NCBI GenBank assembly: GCA_964482715.1
Contig: CAYZYX010000013.1
Coordinates: 1 to 39,503 of the forward strand
From: an uncultured Clostridia bacterium
GTDB taxonomy: Bacteria > Aerophobota > Aerophobia > Aerophobales > B3-G15
DNA: 39,503 nucleotides
Direction: 5' to 3'
Position 1 is the first letter of the stretch. The number at the start of each line of letters is the position of its first letter. Positions 8,668 through 17,827 of this stretch are shown here, one piece after another. Under the pieces are notes generated by a model. That model searched no databases. It saw nothing but the letters and a program-made list of their open reading frames with translations, and had not been told where the DNA came from. The position numbers and the translations under genes were made by a program.

Positions 8668-9537
8668 TTGGGGATTAATTCATTTAAACTGAATTTTGCT
8701 GATCCACCACCTGAATTTGTCCACCCGGAAAGATCAAAAGTCAGAATAGTTCCTGTACCTTATGAAAGTACTGTTACCTACAAAGGAGGAACCAGAGAAG
8801 GTCCGCAGTCAATTATTCAGGCTTCCCTAAATCTTGAGTTATGGGACGAAGAACTTTCAAGAGAATCATACAAAATAGGAATATATACTCTGGCCCCTTT
8901 TTCTTGCCCCTCTTCCGGTCCTGAAAAAGCAGTTGATGAGCTTTACCATTTTACTAAAAGATTAATAGATGCTTCAAAATTCTATATATTTCTGGGAGGG
9001 GAGCACAGTATAACTCCGGGGATAGTTAAGGCTTATAAAGAGGTATATCCTTCCCTCTCAGTCTTATGTCTTGATGCTCATGCTGATTTTCGAGAAGTTT
9101 ACCAGGGCTCTATCTATAATCACGCCTGTGTGATGAGAAGAGTATCTGAGCACTCATCTGTGGTTCAGCTTGGTGTTCGCAGTTTGTCAAAGGAAGAGGC
9201 TGATGCAATCAAGGAAAGAAATATCGCTTTTCAAACTTCTTTTCAAATCCTGCAAAGCGATAAATGGAAAAAAATAATAGACGAAAAACTATCATCACCG
9301 GTCTATATAACCCTGGATGTAGATGTTCTTGATCCTTCTATTATGCCTTCTGTCGGGACCCCGGAGCCAGGAGGACTTGATTGGTATAAGATTCTGGAAA
9401 TCCTGAAGTTTGTTTTTAGCTTCAAAAAGGTAGTGGCAGTTGATGTGGTAGAGTTTTCTCCCATCCCCGGAATAATTGCTCCAGACTTTTTGGTAGCTAA
9501 ACTCGTGTATAAAATAATAGGTTACCTGCAGATTTGA
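8668..9537 (+). CDS. speB: Agmatinase (ureohydrolase family)
   Basis: GGEHSIT, DAHADFR, DVDVLDPS and GTPEPGG motifs. Confidence 0.92.
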   Translation: MGINSFKLNFADPPPEFVHPERSKVRIVPVPYESTVTYKGGTREGPQSIIQASLNLELWDEELSRESYKIGIYTLAPFSCPSSGPEKAVDELYHFTKRLIDASKFYIFLGGEHSITPGIVKAYKEVYPSLSVLCLDAHADFREVYQGSIYNHACVMRRVSEHSSVVQLGVRSLSKEEADAIKERNIAFQTSFQILQSDKWKKIIDEKLSSPVYITLDVDVLDPSIMPSVGTPEPGGLDWYKILEILKFVFSFKKVVAVDVVEFSPIPGIIAPDFLVAKLVYKIIGYLQI

Positions 9538-9540
9538 AAG

Positions 9541-10560
9541 ATGAACTATGCAGTTTTTCTTCAACAAATTGAAAGGGAAATAAGTCCTTTTTATATTTTT
9601 GAAGGAAAAGAGGAATACCTTAAAAAGGAAGCTCTTAAAAAATTAAATAAAAAACTCATCACTTCTCCCGGAACTGAATCTTTTAACTTTATTCTTCTGG
9701 ACGTACTGCAAAATACTTCAAGAGAAATTATGGAAGCAGCTTATCAGCTTCCTTTTAACAATAAATGGATGCTGGTAGTTGTTGAAAGAGCGGATAGGCT
9801 ACGTTCCAGAGACGAGGAGATACTTCTGGATTATCTAAAAGATCCAGTGAGCTCCACGTGTATAGTCTTTATTGGCCAGAAGTTTAATAGCCAGAGTAAA
9901 TTTTATCATTTTTTTAGAGAAAGAAGAAAAATCGTTAGTTTTAATCCGTTAAGAGAAAAAGAGGCTATAAGGTGGATATTAGAAAAAGTTAAAGAGCAAG
10001 GAAAAAGTATAAGTTATGAAGCTGCTTTTCTCCTGGCGGAGAAAAGTCGAGGAGATATTTTTTTTCTGCAAAACGAAATAAATAAATTAGCTCTTTTTGT
10101 ACATCCAGAAACAAAAATTGAGCAATTTCACGTTCTTGGATTGTCGGGAAAAAGAGAGAGCGAAGATATCTTTAATTTACTCAGGGCTTTTCGAAATAAA
10201 GACCTCTCGCTTACTCTGGGAATATTAAATAAACTATTCCTTCAGGGGGAAAAACCTCTTTTAATTGAAAGTATGCTGGCGCGTGAAATAAGAATTTTAA
10301 TTCGACTAAAAGTGGCTGCACAAAATATTACTCCCCGAAAAGCCTGTAAGTTTGTTTTCAGGAAAAATTCAGGTTTTTCAGATTTTCACCTTAGCAAAGC
10401 AAAGGAATACATGGAAGCAGCCAGTTCCTTTAGTCTTTCTCATCTTCTTTTTGCCCAGGAAAGGATATTACAAGCTGAGTTTCAGATAAAAAAGGGAAGG
10501 CAGCAGGAAGAAGCTGCCCTCCAGCAGGCTTTAATTGATATCCTGACTCTGTCAGAATAA
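9541..10560 (+). CDS. holA: DNA polymerase III subunit delta
   Basis: YIFEGKEEYL, QLPF..KWMLVVV, LQNEINKL, EDIFNL and EFQIKKG patterns; ~340 aa. Confidence 0.85.
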   Translation: MNYAVFLQQIEREISPFYIFEGKEEYLKKEALKKLNKKLITSPGTESFNFILLDVLQNTSREIMEAAYQLPFNNKWMLVVVERADRLRSRDEEILLDYLKDPVSSTCIVFIGQKFNSQSKFYHFFRERRKIVSFNPLREKEAIRWILEKVKEQGKSISYEAAFLLAEKSRGDIFFLQNEINKLALFVHPETKIEQFHVLGLSGKRESEDIFNLLRAFRNKDLSLTLGILNKLFLQGEKPLLIESMLAREIRILIRLKVAAQNITPRKACKFVFRKNSGFSDFHLSKAKEYMEAASSFSLSHLLFAQERILQAEFQIKKGRQQEEAALQQALIDILTLSE

Positions 10561-10563
10561 ACC

Positions 10564-11421
10564 TTACTTTATCTGAAGTTTTGCTGCTTCTACCGTATTT
10601 TTCAACAACATAGCTGTAGTTACAGGTCCCACACCACCGGGAACAGGTGTAATATAAGAGGCTCTCTCTTTGGCAACTTCAAATTCAACATCTCCTACTA
10701 TTTTGCCACCCACCCGGTTTATTCCCACATCAATTACAATAGCACCTTCTCTTATCCATTCTCCCTTGATTAAATTAGCCTTACCAACAGCTACAATGAG
10801 AATTTCGCCTCTTTTCACATAATCGGGTAAAATTCCCCTTTCGCCTGTTGCTATGTGACAGACAGAAGTAGTGACAAATTTGTCTAAAAGCAAAAGAGCC
10901 GTAGGTTTGCCAACTATATCGCTGTGCCCGACCATTACTGCCTCTTTACCATAAAGCTCCACCCCTGTGGACTTTATGAGTTCTATCACCGCCATTGCTG
11001 TGCAGGGCCCCAAAACAGGCTTACCATACACCACCATCCCCATATTGGTGGGTGATACGCCTTCGGCATCTTTTTTAGGGTCAATCAGGTGCTGAAGATA
11101 ACGAGCATCAAGATGAGAGGGGAGTGGCATCTGGAGAATTATCCCGCTTACACCGGGATTCTGATTCAGTTTTTGAATAAAGTCGGCCAATTCAGTTTGG
11201 GTAATTTTTTCGTCAAATTTATGTAAATTGTATTCAATCCCCATTTTTTCACAGGACTTTTTCTGAGAGCGAATGTAAACCTCAGATCCAGGATCTGTTC
11301 CTACCTGAATAGCAGCAAGAGAGGGTGATTTTCCTTCGGCTTTGAGTTTCTGAATCTCCTCCTTTAGACCCTCTTTTATCTTATTGGCTATTTTTACACC
11401 ATCTATGATTTGAGCAGGCAT
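10564..11421 (-). CDS. folD: Bifunctional methylenetetrahydrofolate dehydrogenase/cyclohydrolase
   Basis: YIRSQKK, GIILQMPLP, PCTAMAV, GHSDIVGKP, DVGINR and PVPGGVGPVT; AAGGAGG RBS before ATG 11421. Confidence 0.96.
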   Translation of the reverse strand: MPAQIIDGVKIANKIKEGLKEEIQKLKAEGKSPSLAAIQVGTDPGSEVYIRSQKKSCEKMGIEYNLHKFDEKITQTELADFIQKLNQNPGVSGIILQMPLPSHLDARYLQHLIDPKKDAEGVSPTNMGMVVYGKPVLGPCTAMAVIELIKSTGVELYGKEAVMVGHSDIVGKPTALLLLDKFVTTSVCHIATGERGILPDYVKRGEILIVAVGKANLIKGEWIREGAIVIDVGINRVGGKIVGDVEFEVAKERASYITPVPGGVGPVTTAMLLKNTVEAAKLQIK

Positions 11422-11445
11422 TCCCACCTCCTTGACCTTTAATAA

Positions 11446-13179
11446 TTAAAATAGTCCTCTTATTTTTCCGGTCTCCGGATCTATATCCACATCTACAAAA
11501 GCCGGCCTGCTTGGAAGACCTGGCATAGTCTGCATGGTCCCACAGATTGGATAGAAAAATCCGGCTCCCACGGAAGCTCTTATGTCACGAATGGGAAGTT
11601 TATATCCACGAGGGACACCCTTTAAATTGGGATCGTGTGAAAGAGAAAGATGTGTTTTAGCTACATTAATGGTCATTTTACTGAACCCGAGCCTTGTATA
11701 AAGTTTAATTTTTCTCTCAGCTTCAGGTGAGTATTCAACTCCATCAGCCAGATAAACACGGGTGGCAATTGTTTCTATTTTTTCTTTAATTGAAATATCA
11801 TCAGGAAAAAGAAATTTCATCTCATGAGGTTTCTCCACAGCCTTTATTACCTCACTGGCGAGCTCCTTTGCTCCTTCCCCTCCTTTGGCCCAGCCTTCGG
11901 AAACAGCCACACCATCAGCTCCCGCCTCCAGAGCTTTTCTTCTTACCAGTTCTATTTCTCTGTCCGTATCTGTGGTAAACCTGTTTATGGCTACCACTGC
12001 TGGTATTCCATACATTTTAACTATTTCAATGTTACGAGCCAGATTTTCGCATCCTTTCTCTACTGCTGGTAAATTTTCGCTCTCAACAGCTTCCTTAATC
12101 GTTGAATAAGGCATTCCTGGACGGAAGTGAAAGGCACCTCCATGTTCTTTAAGGGCTCTGATAGAAGCAACAATTACAGCACAGTCAACCTTTAATCCAC
12201 TCTGACGACAGGCGACATCGATTAATTTGACAAACCCACAATCTGCTCCAAAACCACTTTCAGTAACCACATAATCGGCTAACTTTAAGGCGACCATATT
12301 GGCCATGACCGAGTTGTTTCCATGTGCTACATTGGCAAAAGGAAACCCGTGACAGATCATGGGATGACCTTCGGTTGATTGCACAAGGTTAGGTTTAATG
12401 GCGTCTTTAAGCAAAGCAGCCATTGCTCCTGCCACCTTTAAGTCTTCGCAGGTTACAGGTTTGTTATCATAGGTATAACCAATAACTGCTCGACCCAATC
12501 TCTCTCTGAGGTCCCTCAGTCCCGTGGTTAAAGCATGTATAGCCGCTGTTTCTGTAGCAACAGTTATATCAAAATTAGTTACCCTGGGATAACCGTTCCT
12601 TTTTCCTCCCAGTCCCACTATAACCTCTCTTAAAGCACGTGAGTTTAAATCCTGACAGTATGTCCAGGTTACATTTAAAGGGTCAATGTTGAGTTTATTT
12701 CCATGAAGAATATGGGCATCAATAGCCGCAGCACAAAGGTTCTGTGCGGTCTCTACAGCATGAATATCCCCTGTGAAGTGCAGATTGATGTTTTCCATTG
12801 GCAAAGCCTGCGAGTAACCTCCTCCAGTTGCTCCACCTTTTATACCAAAAGTAGGTCCTTTAGAGGGTTCACGGAAAGTATTAATCACTTTTTTCCCCAT
12901 TAGATAAAGGGCCTGACCCAGGCCAAAAGCAGTAACTGTTTTTCCCTCTCCCAGAGGAGTAGGTGTTATTGCAGTCACCGTGATTAATCTGCCATTAGGT
13001 CTATCTTTTAATCTTGAGAGGACCTTGGAATAATCAATCTTGGCGATGTAATTTCCATATAACTCCAGCTCTTCTTCCAGTATCCCGGCCTCTCTGGCCA
13101 CTTCAGTAATGGGTTTTAGCTCTGCCTCCTGTGCAATTTCTAAATCACTTGGGACAGGATATCTTTTCTTTACAGGCAT
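11446..13179 (-). CDS. fhs: Formate--tetrahydrofolate ligase
   Basis: TAITPTPLGEGKT, GIKGGATGGGYSQ, INLHFTGDIHA, PFANVAHG, AKTHLSLSHDP and MQTMPGLP. Confidence 0.97.
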   Translation of the reverse strand: MPVKKRYPVPSDLEIAQEAELKPITEVAREAGILEEELELYGNYIAKIDYSKVLSRLKDRPNGRLITVTAITPTPLGEGKTVTAFGLGQALYLMGKKVINTFREPSKGPTFGIKGGATGGGYSQALPMENINLHFTGDIHAVETAQNLCAAAIDAHILHGNKLNIDPLNVTWTYCQDLNSRALREVIVGLGGKRNGYPRVTNFDITVATETAAIHALTTGLRDLRERLGRAVIGYTYDNKPVTCEDLKVAGAMAALLKDAIKPNLVQSTEGHPMICHGFPFANVAHGNNSVMANMVALKLADYVVTESGFGADCGFVKLIDVACRQSGLKVDCAVIVASIRALKEHGGAFHFRPGMPYSTIKEAVESENLPAVEKGCENLARNIEIVKMYGIPAVVAINRFTTDTDREIELVRRKALEAGADGVAVSEGWAKGGEGAKELASEVIKAVEKPHEMKFLFPDDISIKEKIETIATRVYLADGVEYSPEAERKIKLYTRLGFSKMTINVAKTHLSLSHDPNLKGVPRGYKLPIRDIRASVGAGFFYPICGTMQTMPGLPSRPAFVDVDIDPETGKIRGLF

Positions 13180-13200
13180 CCCTTTAACCTCCTTTTATAT

Positions 13201-13761
13201 TTATTTTTGCAGCAGACTAATTGCTTCAGCTCGGGTGGCGGGATTATCTCTAAATAAACCTCTTACAACCGAGGTGACCGTAACAGTCCCCGGCTTTTTA
13301 ACCCCTCTAATAGACATACAGAGGTGTTCCGCCTCTATAATAACCATCACCCCGCGCGGATGCAATGTGTCATTAATAACATCAGCTATCTGAGTGGTTA
13401 ACCTTTCCTGAACTTGAAGTCTTCTCGAGAGAACATCCACTACTCGAGCGATCTTACTAAGTCCCGTAACTCTCCCATTTTTAGGAATGTAGGCTATATG
13501 GGCTTTACCAAGAAAAGGTAAGAGGTGATGTTCGCAGAAAGAATAAAGAGGTATATTTTTTAATAGAATTATCTCGTCATGTTTTTCTTCCTCCAGTACT
13601 GTTAAGACCTCACGAGCCTTCTTTTCGGTTCCTCCAAATATTTGTTCACACATCCGGGCAACTCTGGCTGGTGTGTCCTTGACCCCTCCTCTCTCCGGAT
13701 CTTCCCCAATTCCTTCCAGGAAAAGCCTTACTGCTTTTTCAATTTTTTCTTTATCCATCAT
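13201..13761 (-). CDS. folE: GTP cyclohydrolase I
   Basis: [41 protein letters not shown] and [12 protein letters not shown]; likely start 13761 or 13758 after AGAGG. Confidence 0.96.
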   Translation of the reverse strand: MMDKEKIEKAVRLFLEGIGEDPERGGVKDTPARVARMCEQIFGGTEKKAREVLTVLEEEKHDEIILLKNIPLYSFCEHHLLPFLGKAHIAYIPKNGRVTGLSKIARVVDVLSRRLQVQERLTTQIADVINDTLHPRGVMVIIEAEHLCMSIRGVKKPGTVTVTSVVRGLFRDNPATRAEAISLLQK

Positions 13762-13801
13762 CCATAGCCTCTGTGAATTTTTTCTCAAATTAATTCTCAT
13801 C

Positions 13802-13829
13802 ATAATATCAGGAATGGTAAAATTGTCAA
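13802..13829 (-). promoter_or_regulatory. Sigma70 promoter for folE-fhs-folD
   Basis: Minus-strand TTGACA (13829-13824), 16 nt, TATTAT (13807-13802). Confidence 0.7.
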
Positions 13830-13840
13830 TAAAACGGGTA

Positions 13841-13928
13841 GTGAGATAAGACCTGTGCCAGGCACACTTCCTGCGAGATACCCGGGAGCCTGAAGAAAAA
13901 GATACAGGTAGAAAGGTGCCCGAATGTC
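13841..13928 (+). repeat. Dispersed intergenic repeat family, copy 3 (longest; contains palindrome TGTGCCAGGCACA)
   Basis: GATACCCGGGAGCCT (13877-13891) is identical to 6939-6953 and 34795-34809; the 5' part aligns with 26927-26946. Confidence 0.9.
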
Positions 13929-13941
13929 TCGTGGAAAATGG

Positions 13942-13969
13942 TTGACTTTTTCAGGATTCTGTGTATTTT
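13942..13969 (+). promoter_or_regulatory. Putative sigma70 promoter for the TPR/coiled-coil gene
   Basis: TTGACT (13942-13947), 16 nt, TATTTT (13964-13969). Confidence 0.45.
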
Positions 13970-14047
13970 ACCTTGAGAGGTTCAAACTTTACCTGAGAAA
14001 GGTTGAAATTGATATTATGAAAATTATGAAAAGGAGAAAGGTTATTG

Positions 14048-15565
14048 ATGAAACAACAAATAGCACCATTTTTTTTCATTCTGGGATTTTTATTGATTTT
14101 TACAAGTTCAACCTGCATCGCTCAGGATAAATTTGCCGAGCAGATGGATCTGGCAAGTAAAGCTGTTGAGGAGGGAAAATATGAGGAAGCAATAAAGATT
14201 TACTCTTCCATTTTGCAGGAGGATCCCGCTAATTTTGCTGCTCAGGTCTGGCTGGCCAGGACTTATTATTTTGCTGGTAATGTAAATCCGGATTATTTTT
14301 ATAAGGCTATCAGTGAGTACCATAAAGTTATAGAAAAATGGCCGGATTTTTCCCTATCTTATCTTCACCTCGGTCAAATTGCCTATCTCTTAGGCCTGGA
14401 GGCAGAAATCCAGGGTAAAGAAAAACATGCCCGGGGTCTTTATCAAAGTGCTATTGAATGGTTGGAAAAGTACATCCAGCTACAGGCTAAGGATAAAACT
14501 CTCAATAAAGAACGAGAAATCCTTAGAACAAGAATTTTACAGGCAGTTATTTACAACAGATTAGGTGAAGAAAAAAAAGCGTTAGAGCTTGTCGTTCAGG
14601 CAAAAAAAGACTACAGGGAGGTATCCCCCAAGGAATGGGGAGCTTCACCCCTTCTTGATTATTTCATACGAAGCAGCATTGACTATATAGCTTCCAAACT
14701 TTACAATCAGGCAATTATTTATCTTGAAGGAGCCTGGTTGATTGAGCCCCAACCTCAAATTGAAAAACTTTTCAAGAGTATAACTAAGTTAAAAGGAGTT
14801 GAAATCTCATTAAAGTCGCTACCTGAACAAAAAGAGGAAGAAAAGATTGCAGAAGTTGCGCCAGAAGAAAGACCACAGAAAGAAAAAATCAGAGAGCTCC
14901 AAAAACAAATAGATGTTCTTGGTTCTAAGCTGGAGGTTTTGCCCTCTATGGAAGAGAAACTGGAAGTTTTAAAAGAAAAGGTAGAAATCAACCTGGAATT
15001 GAAGCAGGATGTAGAAGATCTGGCCAGAAAAATTAACGAAATCAAGAAACAAATGGAGAATTTATCTGAGCTGAAACCAAAGGTAAATCAGCTTGAAAAC
15101 CAGTTGAAAGGAGAAATGTCTGTTAGAGAAAAACTGGATAAAAAGGTGCTTGGTTTAGAAGAGAAAATTAGTTTAATTCCCGGGCTGGAGGAAAAAGTTA
15201 AGTCGTTTGATCAACAAAAAAGTGATATTTCTGATTTAAAAAAGAGAATAGAAGAGGTGGAACAGATAATTCAACAGGGATACACTCTGAAATCCGGTGA
15301 AACACCTTCCTCGTATAGCAATTTAGAAAAAAAGCTGGAAGAGTTGAAAAAAGAATTCGATGCTCTTTTGAACCTGCAAGAAAAAGTAAGAAACCTTGAG
15401 GCAGAAATAAACAAGCTGGATGAGAGGATAAAGAAAATAAAGAGCGCAGCTGATAAGATCAATGTGCTTGATATTCAGATAAAAGAACTAAAAAAGCATT
15501 TTGATGAGTTAGAAAATAGAATCAATTTAATAGAAGAAAAGATTTCAGAGAAACAAGAGGGTTAA
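14048..15565 (+). CDS. Exported TPR-repeat protein with long C-terminal coiled coil
   Basis: N-terminal signal peptide; TPR-like helices (GKYEEAIKIYSSILQEDP, AISEYHKVIEKWPD); ~230 aa heptad-rich E/K/L tail. Confidence 0.75.
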   Translation: MKQQIAPFFFILGFLLIFTSSTCIAQDKFAEQMDLASKAVEEGKYEEAIKIYSSILQEDPANFAAQVWLARTYYFAGNVNPDYFYKAISEYHKVIEKWPDFSLSYLHLGQIAYLLGLEAEIQGKEKHARGLYQSAIEWLEKYIQLQAKDKTLNKEREILRTRILQAVIYNRLGEEKKALELVVQAKKDYREVSPKEWGASPLLDYFIRSSIDYIASKLYNQAIIYLEGAWLIEPQPQIEKLFKSITKLKGVEISLKSLPEQKEEEKIAEVAPEERPQKEKIRELQKQIDVLGSKLEVLPSMEEKLEVLKEKVEINLELKQDVEDLARKINEIKKQMENLSELKPKVNQLENQLKGEMSVREKLDKKVLGLEEKISLIPGLEEKVKSFDQQKSDISDLKKRIEEVEQIIQQGYTLKSGETPSSYSNLEKKLEELKKEFDALLNLQEKVRNLEAEINKLDERIKKIKSAADKINVLDIQIKELKKHFDELENRINLIEEKISEKQEG

Positions 15566-15598
15566 TTTTTTGTAATGAAATCAGCAAAATACCTATCT

Positions 15599-15652
15599 CT
15601 CATCCTTTGATCATGTTCAGGCAGATCCCTGTGCTACTCCCTCAAGGGTGAG
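15599..15652. repeat. Imperfect inverted repeat / degenerate REP-like element
   Basis: CTCATCCTTTGA (15599-15610) pairs imperfectly with TCAAGGGTGAG (15642-15652). Confidence 0.35.
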
Positions 15653-15747
15653 GATAAAAGTAGATCAACAAATGGCAAAGGGGAAGTGGTAATAAATAGA
15701 ACCTCCATCATAGTTGATAAAGAGGGTGTTGAAATAAGAGGACAGCT

Positions 15748-16701
15748 ATGGCAGTTTTAATAACAGGAGCATATGGCCTTTTGGGATCCTGGCTGGCCTA
15801 TTATCTGGCCAGGGAGGGTAAACGGATCATCATGTTTGATGTATCTCAGCGAAGATTAGACTACTTAGAAGAAATTGAAGAGCTGCTTGTTCCGGTTAGA
15901 GGAAGTGTTCTTGACTGGTCAAATCTGCTATCCACTTTTTTAAGATTTGGAAAAGAAATTGAGGGAATAATTCATACGCCTGCCGTTATGGCCACACCAG
16001 ATTACTGGGAAAATCCTTATCCAAGTACAATCTTAAACATAGTGGGCACATTAAATGTTCTCGAGATTACCAGAATATTCAAGATCAAGAAGGTGGTTTT
16101 TATAAGTTCGGGAGCTGTTTATGGAGAGGTAGAAGGTAAGGTTTCTGAATTGAATTATCCGATAAAGCCTTCTGATCTTTATGGAGCAAGTAAAGCCTCA
16201 GCAGAATTTTTAGGTTTCCAGTATCAAAATCATTATGGAATTGATTTCAGAGTGGTTCGGCCTTATTTCTTTTTTGGGCCGGGACGTCTTCCCTCAGAAC
16301 TTCCTCCCTTATTCAGAACTTTATTTGGTTGTATAGAGGGACTTTCTAATCTTAAACTGGAAAAAGGAGCCAACCAGAGTCTGGGGTTTACCTACGTTAA
16401 AGATACGGCTAAAGGAACGGTTTTAGTTTATAAAGCAGAAAATCTGAAACATAAAGTGTTTAATATTGCTGCAGAAGAGGCTATTAATTTTCTTCGACTT
16501 GTTGAGATTGTTAAAAAATACAGTCCCTGTAGCTGTAAGGTTGACATTGGTCCAGGTAAACTCTTTCCTCGCGGTGAAACTCTTGACATTTCTCTGGCCA
16601 GACAGGAATTGGGTTTCCGACCGGAATATACGATTGAAAAAGCAGTTAGTGAGTACGCACAATGGATCAGAAAGCAAAAAAAACTGTGCAATTCTTCTTA
16701 A
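15748..16701 (+). CDS. NAD-dependent epimerase/dehydratase (extended SDR)
   Basis: ITGAYGLLG Rossmann motif, ISSGAVYG and YGASK catalytic YxxxK. Confidence 0.9.
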   Translation: MAVLITGAYGLLGSWLAYYLAREGKRIIMFDVSQRRLDYLEEIEELLVPVRGSVLDWSNLLSTFLRFGKEIEGIIHTPAVMATPDYWENPYPSTILNIVGTLNVLEITRIFKIKKVVFISSGAVYGEVEGKVSELNYPIKPSDLYGASKASAEFLGFQYQNHYGIDFRVVRPYFFFGPGRLPSELPPLFRTLFGCIEGLSNLKLEKGANQSLGFTYVKDTAKGTVLVYKAENLKHKVFNIAAEEAINFLRLVEIVKKYSPCSCKVDIGPGKLFPRGETLDISLARQELGFRPEYTIEKAVSEYAQWIRKQKKLCNSS

Positions 16702-16711
16702 AGGTAAATTT

Positions 16712-17758
16712 ATGAAAGCTATTTTAAAAACCAACAGAGCACCAGGGTTTGAATACAGGGAGATTCCTCTACCAAAACCTGGCCCCGGAGATGTACTGGT
16801 AAAAATCAGGGCGACTGCAATATGTGGATCTGATTTAAAGATGTTTCATTGGGTAAGCTGGTGTGAAAATGTTGTAAAGAATCTTCCTTTTATTCCGGGA
16901 CATGAATGTGCAGGTGAAGTTGTAGAGGTTGGCGAGGAAGTTGGAGAGATAAAAATTGGAGACAAAGTAGCAGCAGAAACACATATTTCCTGCGGGGCAT
17001 GCTGGCAGTGCCTTCATAATCGCCCTCATACCTGTGAAAAAATGGAGCTTTTTGGTCACACCGTAAATGGTAGTTTTGCAGAGTATGCGGTTATTCCTGA
17101 AAGAGCTACACGAAGAATTCCTGACAGTATCTCCTTTGAGGAGGGAGCTCTTCTTGAGCCAATGGGAATTCCTTTGCGGGCAGTAGAAAAAGGAGAGGTT
17201 AAAGGAGATGCCATTATAGTATTGGGATGTGGTCCTATTGGACAATTTTCTATCGCCTTCTCAAAGATTATGGGAGCTGAGCTGATTATCGGAATTGATG
17301 TAAATGAGAGAAGACTTCAAATAGCTAAAAAAATGGGTGCAACTCACATTATAAATCCGAAAAAAGAAGCAAATATACTTGAAGAAAAGATTAAATTTTT
17401 AACGAGAAATTATGGGGGTGGAGCTGGTTCGGTGATTGAGGCTTCAGGAAATACTCAAGCTGCAAGATGGGCTTATAAGTTCTTAAGGGTGGGAGGAAAG
17501 TTTATATTTCTTGGACAGAGTGATAAACCTTTTACTCTCAGTCCCTCTAATGATATTGTTTTTAAGGAAATTGAAATTATAGGCCTTTTTGGACGCAAAA
17601 TCTGGGATACGTGGGAGAAAACAGAAAAGATTCTTGCTTCTGGAAAAATCGATATAAAACCTGTTGTCACTCACCGTTTTTCTTTAGCTGATTTTGAAAC
17701 TGCTTTTGAAATAGCCGCATCAGGAGAGGGTTGCAAAGTTCTGTTAATTCCTGCTTAA
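16712..17758 (+). CDS. Zinc-dependent medium-chain dehydrogenase, L-threonine 3-dehydrogenase-like
   Basis: AICGSD, PGHE, CGACWQC..C structural Zn site, GCGPIG and FGRKIWDTW (Tdh-like); real start MKAILK at 16712. Confidence 0.85.
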   Translation: MKAILKTNRAPGFEYREIPLPKPGPGDVLVKIRATAICGSDLKMFHWVSWCENVVKNLPFIPGHECAGEVVEVGEEVGEIKIGDKVAAETHISCGACWQCLHNRPHTCEKMELFGHTVNGSFAEYAVIPERATRRIPDSISFEEGALLEPMGIPLRAVEKGEVKGDAIIVLGCGPIGQFSIAFSKIMGAELIIGIDVNERRLQIAKKMGATHIINPKKEANILEEKIKFLTRNYGGGAGSVIEASGNTQAARWAYKFLRVGGKFIFLGQSDKPFTLSPSNDIVFKEIEIIGLFGRKIWDTWEKTEKILASGKIDIKPVVTHRFSLADFETAFEIAASGEGCKVLLIPA

Positions 17759-17827
17759 AAATATTGTAATAAAACATGTTAAGAAAAGACTGTTAATTTC
17801 ACTTGAGAAACAAAAAGGGGAGGTAAA

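Noticed and set aside
16466-16711. N-terminal extension of the Zn dehydrogenase in the ORF track
   Set aside because: It overlaps the epimerase gene; the family-typical start MKAILK is at 16712.
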